A DNA stretch of 62,530 nt, counting the filler, from Bipalium vagum (lineage: Eukaryota), in assembly GCA_037834085.1 (NCBI GenBank). It is 3 parts of 3 records of this genome, joined end to end, with 100 filler letters (N's around TTAATTAATTAA, not from the genome) between each part and the next. Parts side by side here need not be neighbours in the genome. Positions count along the whole stretch, not along the records: positions 44,308 to 62,530 come from JBBMKC010035690.1; 2 more parts are not named here. One strand, given 5' to 3'. Under the pieces are notes generated by a model. The model saw nothing but the letters and a program-made list of their open reading frames with translations. It was not told the origin of the DNA and did not search any database. Below are positions 51,279-62,530 of this stretch, one piece after another (within the stretch, counting starts at the first letter, position 1; the number at the start of each line of letters is the position of its first letter). The position numbers were made by a program, and so were the translations under genes.

Positions 51279-51529
51279 AGCATTATTATTTTTATTTAAG
51301 AATTAACTGAACACAAAACCTGTTGAATTTTTTTAAAAATAATAAGAAAGTAAAAATCGATTAAAACTAATTATATTATCCAGTCCATTGTGACTATGAA
51401 GATAAAGACAAAAAATTATGTCAAGGAAAATATTTTCCTGAGAATTTATTGACAATTGGTTTTTAACAACACTTCTTTAATTAAATATTTGCTTAAAAAC
51501 TCTGCTATATTTATTCCTGGACTGATCTA

Positions 51530-53058
51530 GTATAGTGTAATAAGCAAAACATTAACACACTTTTATTCATCGAAATATTTAACAACACACTCAATGACCT
51601 TTGCCAACGTAATGCAGATTTCTTTATCTTTCTGCAGAAATCCACGGACTTTGAATTAAAAAATTAAATTACTGCATTTTTTAGGTCACCTCAAGTTTCT
51701 GAACTACATATGCCTTATAACGTTGTCAAGAACTCAGGAAAGATGGTAATCAATTTGCGAAATTTCAGGAGGATATGGCGAATCTTGCAAAAATTCTCTT
51801 TCAAGGGCAGAAAAATGGCATCGGTGAGTTTTGCGGAATGTAATTTGGTATTGTCCTTTAAGAATAGCACTTTTTCTATTTGTCATAGAAGGCTTTTTCT
51901 TGTCACTTGCTTTCTGCAGTAGCTGTAATTGTTCACAATAAATATCAGAAGTTACATTTTGGTCGATTTTCAAAAACCCACAATGGATAATGTTGGCAGA
52001 TATCCAACAAACAAAATAAAATCTTTTCTCAATGATATAAAGCATTTGTAGTTTGAAGCATTTGATCAGTTGATAATAACATATAAAACGGACAGTTAGG
52101 ATTGGAGTATAATATCCACTATTGATAGCAAATTACCAAAATATGAATAATGAAATATTTTTCATTGCGACATAAGTTTGCAACAAATGCTAAGAGTTTA
52201 ATTGCCACTGCTTGATAATTCATGTGAGTCCATTTGCTTAACTTTCACAGATTTTCCATCGAGCGGTTTCATATTGTACATTCTTGCAAGCTCTTAGAAC
52301 ATCAAACTTGAATTTGACTCAACAACTTACATAATGTCCTCGCCGTTAACGATCGTAGGTCTCTTTCAACCTGTAATCTCCAAAAGAAAATCTTTCGAAC
52401 AACGTCCTGATCACCGATAGCGGTACATTTTTCGTGTCACTTCTATAGCTTTGTGCAAAATTTTAATTTGTATACCGTAGACACTCGAATATAAGTCGAG
52501 GTTTATTTCTATAACATTTGATGAAAAAAATGGGGTCGACTTATATAAGAATCATAGCACTTTTAACCTATGTAATGGCTGTATTTATGCAATGTATCAC
52601 GTTGTGTTCATAATTGAATACTGGTTATCATTTATGTTTCGTTTTTTTCCAGTTTTTCTCAGCATCACAGTGCTACGCATGATAAATTTATTTCAAATTT
52701 CTCACAGCTTTTTTTAACACGTCGCACACGTCCAAATGTACGAAAGAGGAAACTACCCAGACATATATTTTTGCCTCGACTTATATATGAGTCACACGAT
52801 TTTTCACAGAATTTCCCATTTTTCCCCCTCAACTTATACACGAGGTCGACTTATATTCGAGTATCTACGGTAATAAACATGCTCTGATTAAGAATTTATT
52901 GGATTCTATGAAAAATTATATTGGTAATTTTTTTGATTAAAATAAAGATGGATTAATACTAAATCATAAAAAAAAATACCATCTGTAATAACAACTTTAA
53001 CAATATTCATGGAAATCTGTGTATAAAAATACCCAACGTTTTTTTGGTTACCTGATAC
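51530..53058 (-). mobile_element. Decayed mariner interrupted by a MITE
   Basis: LIRACLL..., CWISANIIHCGFL...DIYCEQL, PYPPEISQIDYHL and a C-terminal RWQKVI. Confidence 0.75.
52475..52870. mobile_element. 396-bp Tc2/pogo-type MITE with TA target duplication
   Basis: TA|ccgtagacactcgaatataagtcga ... tcgacttatattcgagtatctacgg|TA; internal repeats of tcgacttata. Confidence 0.9.
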
Positions 53059-54919
53059 ATCTGAGACCTTAAATTTGTTTAAAATGGCGTCTTAAGACTA
53101 AAAAATTCACTTATACTATAGATTTCCATGTCCCTTAATACATTTGTTATTGAAAAATAATAATGCTATAATCGATGGCTTTGTAGAATATTAATCCTTA
53201 ATAATTGATTATTGTTTTAATTAAGGAAAAATAATCCTGATATTGTTTTTCTTCAAATTGTACATAAAATATTTCCAATGTTTATTCAAAATAAACAATT
53301 CAGTTTTCATAAAAATGAAAATTATATAATCTAGAATATCTTACTCAGTTCTTGAAGAGAAACAATACACTTAATTTTTTCCTCTTCCCAAGATATCAAA
53401 TATTTTTATTATTATTAATTGAAGCCTTGTTTTTGAAAAAATAAAAAACAAAATAATATTTACAATTATCGACGATTATTTATCAATAACAATTAATAAT
53501 TAGTTGTATCGATTACTGTAAATTATTTATTATCATTTTAATTTTTTGAGAAAAAATTGCAAATTTTTTTCTACATTTATTTGAAAATGAATTTTTAAAA
53601 ATCATTCCAATTCTCGTCTTATTAATAATAAAATATTTTAAATATTATATTATTTTATTTATTAAAATAAATTTAATTATTTAATTGATTAATTATAATT
53701 AATTGATTTTAAAAATACAATATTTAAATTTATAATACATAATTGACAAACTTCGTAAAATTAATAAAAGAATAATCAATGACCTATTAAATATATAAAA
53801 TGAAAAATATAACAATGGTAAAATTTCAGTTTTATATATTAATAAATGGGATTTTAAAAAAATCGTTTTATTAATTAAATAATTCACATCAAAAGCCAAC
53901 TATTGTTAGAAAGAAATGTCATTCAATTTTTCCTATAATTTTCCACCTTAATTTAATTTCTGTGGCAATTCTGATCATTGATAATCAATGGTCAACCCCT
54001 GAGCAACAACGTAAGAAACTTCAATGAATTATTCTTTAATGAGATTCTTATATTTGTTCCCAACAAAATTTAATCAATTTTTACCAATCAAATGAATTGA
54101 TCCATCAAGTTGGCAATGGGAGACAACTACTCTTACAAATAAAGACAGCTTGCAAATAAATTGATAATTACCCCTTAATTTTACTTCTATTACGAAATAA
54201 ATGTGGGAAAGCAACAGTTTTATTGTGTCTCAAAATGATTATTATAATAATTGTTCTGGTTCAACATCATTCACTAACTATTAATGATTAAATTCAAAAG
54301 AATTAGGACCAAAAAATTGTTAATTTTTTTATGAATATTGGCATAATATTATGTTAACTTTTTAATGTTTATTATAAAATAATTTCTGACAATTTTCTTT
54401 TGAAAATTTTGAAATTTCTTTTAAAATATTTTGTTTAAATTAAGCTTTAAAATATTTAATAAAAGTTTAAAATATTGAATATATTTTAATTTACATTAAA
54501 AAAAAAGTAATAATTCTAGGAAAAAATTTAATTACTTTTTATCAATTGGTTTTAATTTTTTTAACAAAGATAATTACAGAACCATTAATAGAGAACATAA
54601 AAGTTACAGGGATGAAAATCAAATAAACAACTTTTAGAATAAATAGATTATATTAAGAATTATTTCATGAAATAAAATTTATTAATTGACTACTCATGAA
54701 AGCGATCTCATTAAAAATGGTAAAGATGATATTTATCTTTACATTTCTTCTTATTTATAAAAAAAATTATATATTAATAATAATATTCTTAATTATTTGA
54801 TAATTCAAAATCAACCTGATTCCATACAATAATAGTTTTTGTAATCATCAAAAATCAATAAAATAATGTGTGCTTAATTAAATCACTATAACGGACACAC
54901 ATAAAATAACAATAGTGGA

Positions 54920-55469
54920 TGGTAAGGCTAAAAAGAACCAGAAATAATACATATATTTAAATAAATTTTTTCAAATAAAATAATAATCATATATAGGTAT
55001 GAAATATATGATTTGTTTAAATATTATAATTTTTGTTACCACTAGATATGATAAATTCAAAAAATGTTTGAAAATGTAGAATTCCGAACCATGATGCGGT
55101 TTTTACTATTGATAGATCTACCAAGCAGGAAATTATTAATGAGCTGAAGGGGATGAAGAGGCCATCCCCCTTACAGTCCAGATTTAGTGATTTCTGGTTG
55201 TACAACCATTTGAAGAAACATAAACAAGGATAAAGATTTGTTTCAAAGAATGATATGAAGAATAATGTGACAAAATTCTTCGTGGAGAAGGAACAAAATT
55301 TCTTTGAAATGTGCTTTAATGGAATGGTCAACTGGTGGAATAAGTGCGTCTATGTAAACGGCGGTTATGTCGAGAAATGAGACCTATACATTTACATGTA
55401 TTGTTAATCAAAATTTTGTTCAGTTATCTTTATTATTCCTGGTAGAGTCTGTACTTTTTAGCCTTACCA
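54920..55469 (+). mobile_element. Internally deleted mariner with TIRs
   Basis: TIRs tggtaaggctaaaaag / ctttttagccttacca; HPPYSPDL and WNKCVYVNGGYVEK*. Confidence 0.85.
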
Positions 55470-56816
55470 ATTATCAAGTCGTAATATAACAATGATATCG
55501 ATCACCAAATATTCAATTAAATATTCAGATAACAATAAAATCAATTTTTAAATTGTTGATGACCTTTATATTGTCCTACTACTTTTTAAGGAAGTATCAT
55601 TTCAGTTTGTATAATCTTTAATTGTTCTTGATCATTAAAAATTATAATGCCAATCAGATCTTAGATCAACACAAAATAATTTTAGACAATTTTTAGGATC
55701 AAAGAGTTTTCTCACAATATCCTAGATAAAAAAAGTTTATTTTAATTACTTTAAATTCTAAATCTTCAGTGACAGGTGAATTGAGTAAGGACAATAAATA
55801 TTTCTTCTGATCTACTCAAGGACATTTATTTCCCAGTGACATTATTCTAAAAATAATATAAGATTACAGTTTCACTGTTCTTTTGAACCAGATTAATTTT
55901 AGAACAGTTATATTGCCATTTTAAAAAATCTTATTTCGTTGAACCTCACGATCATTTTATTAAAAATTTTTGTTAATTATCTCATAATCCTTTCATTATT
56001 CGGCCAATATCTTTCTTTTCTCTATAGGCAATCTTTAAAGCAATACTTTTCACTAAACAGTTAAGAACGCTGAGAGATCAACAGCTATTGTTAAATAATT
56101 CATTTTATTTACACATAAATTATACCCATGTAAATATGTATATTTAACTATATACACAGCAACCATATGAGTTTATATAAAAATATATATATTCATGAGA
56201 TATCTGGTCAAAAACTATTATTTCTGTGGTAGAAATTTCCCATGCTGTTGTCATCTCATTTCTAATGCTAGTCTCCACTCAACTGATATCTAATCTGACC
56301 AAACACACACATGCGGAATACACAGATTTTAAAACATGCTTACACGTTCGCACACATACACAAATGTGTACTCAGCAGTTCATACAATAAGATATAATCA
56401 ATAGGAACAGATCGCTGTCCCGAAAACCCCAATGTGTAGGTGTCCACAAATTATCGATGGGTATGTCAAAAATGTATCTGTGTCTGTGTGTCCGAGGTCG
56501 TGTGCGTATTGGTCTATCTTATGTCAACAAGTATGTCCATGTCCGTCTACAAATGGCTAGGAAATCAACACAAACAGATTTTGTTGAATTTTTCGATAGA
56601 GAGAAAGACGATTTCTAATAAATTTAAGCAATCAGTGACGTTGTTTCTGCTGCCACTACTGCTGCTGCTGTAGTTGTCGTTCGTCGTAGTCGTCGTCGTC
56701 GTTGTTTTTTATATACTTAAAATTTTCATAATAATAATATTATTCTCCTTATCTTCATTGATCTGTGGAGCATTTTCAGTTTTTGATGAAGTTTTTCTCT
56801 GTATATTTGTCGGAAA

Positions 56817-58805
56817 ATGTCTGCTCGTAACAACAATAATGGACGAGATTTCAAGAAAATATCCAGCTCGGATAAAACGTTACCACGATTGTCGGAGAAA
56901 CGATCTCAATTCAAAAAACACAATTATGCCATTCTACGTCGTTTGGGAACGGTTCTGTTGCACTTTTCTCGTCGAAGTACCATTCACGGTTTGAATCATT
57001 TAGCTCAGGCACGAAGTGCTAAACATCGTCTGTTCTGGCTGACAATTTCCTGTAGCGCTTCGTTGGGGTTTTGTGTGAATCTGTTTTATTTGATTGAAAA
57101 GTTTCTCCAAACCCCAGTTTTAACGAACGTGTTCCATGATTACAACAATTTTACCTATCCAGATCTTTCAATTTGTATAGTAAATCCGATTTATTTTCCA
57201 CCAAAATTCACTCAAAATCGACAACAACTGATAGCAACGATCGAGGAATATTATCGTTTGACAAATCCCTCGTTTCATAACGATTCCAAAATCGACTTCA
57301 ACACAAATCTCCAACAGATCGAACTATCCGACTACCTGTTCATGCATTCGAAACTCGAGTACAGCCATACGTCTTGGTCGGCAATCGTCTTATGTATATA
57401 TTTGAAAAAAAAATGCAACTACACTCACTTTGAAACGCGGCACATTTGGCCATACGGGAATTGTTTCACGTTCAATGGAACGAAAATGGGTCTACAGAGT
57501 ACGAGAGACGTTAAAAAGAACACGATTCTCAACGGTTGGCGACCGGATTTCAAATTGGTCGTTTATAAGGCTCTAGAATATCCGGAACATTTACAAATCG
57601 ACCCGTTCAATGATATCAATAAGCCGAGTGGAGTCCTCGTTATGATTCATGAACCGAATACCTATCCCCACATTGGGGAAAGTTTTGTTGTCGATTCATT
57701 TACTCAAGTCGAATTGAAAATAACGACCAAATCCCATCTGAGCTCGCTACAGAAATGTGAATCGAAACGCAATAATTACACGTATTTCGATTTTAAAACA
57801 AACACGTCCAATGAGTTCGTCGGTCGTCAAGGCGACTGTTTATTTAGTATTATTCAAAGCAACATTGCTAATAATTGTAAATGCCAATTGCATAAAATGC
57901 CGATTTTGGAAAAATTTAAAAAGCTACCATTTTGTTATGATAAAAATTTCCGTAATGATAACTTAACTCATTGTTTACATACCAGTCTAGATGATGTTAA
58001 TCGAGAACAATTGAGACAATTGTGTTACAAGGATCTTTGTGAACACCCCAGCTTCAGTACGGTCGTTTCACATAGCAAATATCCGGCTGTTAGAGAACGT
58101 CAAACCCACATGTTGTGGCTGGAACATTTGAAAGCTCTGGAATCGTTGGAAATCAAAAATTTCGGACGATCAGAACTGATCCATATGGCTATTTTGCCAT
58201 CGAATTCATCATTAAAACACAATTACAAATCGATTAGTGAAGTCTATCAAGATGGAAGAACAGATTTATTGAATGAAAATTTTGTAAATAAAAATTTCAT
58301 GCATCTGCGCTTTGTGCCGTCTTCCTTGTTTATGGATCATGTTGAAGAAACGGAAGAATATCCTCTTAGTCGACTGCTTAGCGATATTGGGGGCTGTGTT
58401 GGTTTATGGGTGGGTGCAAGTTTGATAACTGTTTTTGAATTTATCGACTTATTATTGGATTTAAGCGAAATTATCAGATATCGATCACAAGCTTCAGCTT
58501 ATAAGCAAATGCGTCGAAATCAAAAGATCAACAGTATTGTCGATCATTCAAAGACCAATAGCGTTGTGCCTAATACCTACCTCAATAACAAGATTCCAGA
58601 TTATAGAAATGTACGTGAAACATCTTATACATGTACTCTTATTGAGTCAGATCCCAATTTGGAAATTCCAAATGAAATCTATTTCAATGTTGATACTTCA
58701 AAGCACGGATCGACTCGTTCTTCTTTGTCTATCCAATACTCAAATCAATCCAGTTCCGATAGTCAAATCTTTCTTGCTCAAACAGATATCATCATGTCTG
58801 TGTAG
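56817..58805 (+). CDS. DEG/ENaC/ASIC-family sodium channel subunit, single exon, 662 aa
   Basis: STIHG gating motif, TM1 (RLFWL...), YPDLSIC, YGNCFTFN, Cys-rich thumb, TM2 LLSDIGGCVGLWVGASLITVFE with a GAS filter; AATAAA at ~58895 downstream. Confidence 0.96.
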   Translation: MSARNNNNGRDFKKISSSDKTLPRLSEKRSQFKKHNYAILRRLGTVLLHFSRRSTIHGLNHLAQARSAKHRLFWLTISCSASLGFCVNLFYLIEKFLQTPVLTNVFHDYNNFTYPDLSICIVNPIYFPPKFTQNRQQLIATIEEYYRLTNPSFHNDSKIDFNTNLQQIELSDYLFMHSKLEYSHTSWSAIVLCIYLKKKCNYTHFETRHIWPYGNCFTFNGTKMGLQSTRDVKKNTILNGWRPDFKLVVYKALEYPEHLQIDPFNDINKPSGVLVMIHEPNTYPHIGESFVVDSFTQVELKITTKSHLSSLQKCESKRNNYTYFDFKTNTSNEFVGRQGDCLFSIIQSNIANNCKCQLHKMPILEKFKKLPFCYDKNFRNDNLTHCLHTSLDDVNREQLRQLCYKDLCEHPSFSTVVSHSKYPAVRERQTHMLWLEHLKALESLEIKNFGRSELIHMAILPSNSSLKHNYKSISEVYQDGRTDLLNENFVNKNFMHLRFVPSSLFMDHVEETEEYPLSRLLSDIGGCVGLWVGASLITVFEFIDLLLDLSEIIRYRSQASAYKQMRRNQKINSIVDHSKTNSVVPNTYLNNKIPDYRNVRETSYTCTLIESDPNLEIPNEIYFNVDTSKHGSTRSSLSIQYSNQSSSDSQIFLAQTDIIMSV

Positions 58806-59249
58806 CATATTTCAGCTGATTAAGATGTAATATTTTGCCGATTTCTTGCTGATCCAGCCAAAATATCGTATTAGATTTTGTTTAAACTTTTTAAATAATA
58901 AATAAAATTAACAAATGATACAAAATTATTTCTCTTATGTTTTTTATTTTGTAACATTTTATAACTCTCTCCAGATACCATTTATTATTCAAACGCTAAT
59001 CCAAATATAATTATACAAGCTTAATTTTTTCAAATGAAAATGGACTCTTTCTTTTATTAATTTTAAAACAATGTTTTCTGGTATATTGCACAGACAATCA
59101 ATTAAAACAAATCAACTATTTTTCTTTTATTAGTCATTTTTATATTATTAAGTCACTTAATTAATTAATTTAGTATGTTTTTGTGGTAAAATAATCTGAA
59201 CAAATTTTGTATTCCTTCCATTTATAATTATATAATAATGATGATGATG

Positions 59250-59310
<61 letters not shown>
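59250..59310. repeat. (AAT)n microsatellite
   Basis: Pure AAT run preceded by GAT units. Confidence 0.97.
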
Positions 59311-59312
<2 letters not shown>

Positions 59313-61108
59313 GAATAGAAGTAAGCACTTTTATCTTCTATGTCTTTTTGTCATGAAACCGTCGTTAAAAATAATTTTAAAATGTTTGAAAAAAAATTTT
59401 TAATTTTCAGAACTTATCAAAAATAAAAATTAAAAATTAAAAATATTTTATTGGTTCAGAAAATCATTTAAATAAATAAAGAATGAAAAATAAACTTAAT
59501 AAATCTGTATTTTTCTCATTTCTTAGTGTGAGCTAATTGTAAAAAAAAGTTTTGAAAATTAAAATTATATTAAAAAATCAATATCGTATTTTTTAACAGA
59601 ATGTACTTTTATGTCATGTTTAAATGTGACCTTGAAATTAGATAAACATGAAATGAAAAATATTCATTTAAACAATGAATTAAATACAGGAATTAAGTGA
59701 AATTTCTTTAATGTTTAATCCTTAAATTAAAGTAATCAAAAATCTATAAAATTCAACTGTAATTTTACTGGAATATTTTTACCAATCATATGATCCATAG
59801 TTTGACAAAATATAAAGAAATAACAATTCAATAATTCACTCTCAGACAGCAATAAAAAATCCTTTATTTATTGACACTTCACAATGGCAAGAAAATATAG
59901 TCAAAAAAATGAAGCACCATATCAAATCGAGAATTAAAAACAAATTTCCCCCGCACCATATAGATCTATTTGTGTACCTTTGGCTTAACTGTGTGCTAAA
60001 GAAAGAGTGAAAAAGAGTGACAACATTCACTTTCTCAAGAAGATTATTCTGGGAGATGTGGACTTAAGAATACATAATTACTGTAACATATCAAGTGTCT
60101 ACACATTTATTTTTTAGATAAATGTTATTTTTAACAAATAAAAAATATTGCATATATTGACAACTTGGTTGACATTGAGTACAGAAAGTGAAATTAAGAA
60201 AGTTTATTAAAATTGGCATGGGTACCCTATAATTTTATTAGATCAATATTTGTATTCCAGAATTTATAAAATAATAAGAATTAATATTTATCTCAATGGA
60301 ATATTTAGAAAATCTTAATTATTTTAATGTTTTAATATTAACTAAATCTGACTTCCAAATCTTTAATATGATTAAGTTCTGTGGTAACCCCACGATTAAT
60401 ACTAATAACGTTTCACAGTATAATTTTATTGAATATATAAATCTTATAATATTATTTTCTTCTTATTATATTATTTTATTATCTTAAATGAAAATAAAAT
60501 CCTTTTTATTATTCTATATCTTTCTTCTTATTATATTTCATCTTTTTAAAATATTTTTCTTCTCTTTTATTAATATATCACATCTCTTTTTATATTTCAT
60601 CTTTTTTATTAATGTATTACATCTTTTTTATATTAAATATCTTTTATTAATTATTTAATCTTTTTCGAGATTTTTTTTCTTTTATCTTTTTATTTATATT
60701 TTACATTTCATCGAATGAGTTTATTTTAATTAATAATTATACAGAGGAATATCTTTCCATTTGTTATTAATAATTATTATAGTAAAATTCTTATATATTT
60801 TTACTGATTCATTTAACATCTTCATTTTCATTATAATTCATTTTATTAAGTGTTGAACTTTTTCATTGTCATCCTTATTAATTATGTAACGCTGATTTTA
60901 CAAAACATATGTATGTAATTTCTATTTTCTATGTTAATTTATATAAGAATATATTTTTTTATAACCGATAAATTAATGAACTGAAAATTTAACAATTTTG
61001 AAACTGACATATTAAAAATTTTAAGTTGTTTTGTCATTTAAATTTTATGAATTTGAATCAATTTTTAAAATTCAGGATTTTAATTGAATATTAGATAAAA
61101 ATCATTAA

Positions 61109-61420
61109 ATGTCGAAGGTTAAAGATAAAATTTAAAAGAAGAAAATGTTTATTTCCATTGCAGAAAAGATTAATATCCTAGATTACCTTAAAACTGGTGA
61201 GAGACCATCATCTATGAAAAAAATTAATGTTGAACGAGGTAAAAGTTAGAACAATTTTAAAAAATTAAAATAAAACTAGATCCATAAATTCGTCGGGATC
61301 GTCCAGCAGTAAAAGAAATACTGCACACACACCCAGTGATAATTGAAATAATGGAAAAGACTTTAATGATATGAATAGAAGATTTCAACACTAAAAACCT
61401 ACCTGTTCAGTTTCGACTAA
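61109..61420 (+). mobile_element. Pogo/Tigger transposase N-terminal relic
   Basis: ISIAEKINILDYLKTGERPSS...VRTILK and IEIMEKTLMI*IEDFNTKNLPV (CENP-B-type HTH motifs). Confidence 0.75.
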
Positions 61421-62530
61421 AAAGATAATATGATATGAAAATGATTATTAATATTTAATTTGGTTAAGAATATCGATAGTGACTTTTTAGGAACTTAACA
61501 TAAATTTTATGTAAATTCAGAAGGATTTAGTGCGCGTACGTTCAAAGTTAAAATTTGAGTGACAATAAGAAAGTTGATTACGAAAAGTTGAACTTTATAA
61601 ACAAATACTAATTGCAAAACTTTTAAATTTTTAAAACGATAAACTTTTAATCGATCAACTGAGTTAACAAATTGTTTTATAAAATATATTTGATATAAAT
61701 CTAACAACTTTATTTTTTAATACAATTTTACTTTAGAGTTAAAACCCTGAGATAAGGAGTTAAGAGAAAAGTCAGATCTGTATCTTACTCTCAAGGGCTC
61801 TCAGATAAAAATTTGGTTCTCCGTCCTACTAGACGTGAAGAACACAAAAAAAGAAAATGCTGGGAAGTAAGAAAAAAGAAAAATTATTTGATCCTAAGAT
61901 ATTGGAGTAGCTGTCCAATCCTTAGTATTTATTTAATTTAATTAATAACTTATAATTCGTAATCGAATTATATCTTTTAATTTTGTTTTTAATTACTATT
62001 TTTTATTTGTTTATCGGTTCACCGGTGAGCAGTGTGAAACCAAAAATTTATTTTGTTTTTATTTAATTATAATAAAAGTCTATTTAGATTTGTAGTCAAA
62101 TCTAATAAACTTATTACAAAAAAATAATTTACTAAATGTTATTCTCCTTGAAGCTGGACCCTGAGACGTATGGTTACTTTCTTCTGACTTATTCCGATTA
62201 TTGATCGTAGATTTCTGAATATTGTTTATCTGTGGTTTGCTGATTTCCTCTGGAATGCGTCGGGTTTTTTTCTCTTCGAAGTAGATATTTTTACCTCTTG
62301 ATCGTGTTTATTTTTGTGTGTCTTAATACTGAAACTCTTCAGTATTTATATTATTTTATTTTTTGTATTTTTTAATATAGTAACTTTATGTTACTATTTT
62401 TAGAATTCATCTTAAAATTTTTGGCTATAAATTTATTTATAATAACATTTATCAAAATTTTTATTGAAAAAATTATTTATAGTAACTTTATGTTACTAAA
62501 CAATTTTTTCCAACTATTTTATAAATTAAT

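Noticed and set aside
56440-56994. Hydrophobic ORFs upstream of the DEG/ENaC gene
   Set aside because: Products of GT/GTC/CTG simple repeats in the probable 5' UTR.

Overview
AT-rich animal genomic DNA made of three contigs joined by two 100-nt N gaps, each containing an artificial TTAATTAATTAA linker. The composition, ~45-nt introns and mariner load would fit a planarian-type flatworm, but the species cannot be determined from this sequence. Contig 1 (1-24705) holds two decayed, mutually diverged Polinton/Maverick (adintovirus-like) elements in convergent orientation, broken by LTR-like pieces. Copy A (+, ~1282-6681) has a PLA2-integrase fusion, an X-like protein, an adenain protease, a fibre-like ORF and a membrane-protein ORF. 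Copy B (-, ~12750-7622) has the protease end, the fibre-like ORF, the membrane-protein ORF and a protein-primed PolB. Tc1/mariner debris follows. Contig 2 (24806-44207) holds two tandem minus-strand CEP350-like genes: a long one running into the gap and a compact, diverged paralogue carrying the C-terminal domain. Contig 3 holds mariner, pogo and Merlin-type relics plus an intact intronless DEG/ENaC channel gene. Best novelty candidates: (1) paired GC-rich triloop mini-hairpins inserted as ~30-nt units inside Polinton genes, (2) the PLA2-integrase fusion with a separate X gene, (3) PTAP/YPxL late-domain-like motifs in the Polinton membrane protein, and (4) the CEP350 duplication. Family calls come from motif recognition by eye; boundaries of decayed elements are approximate.
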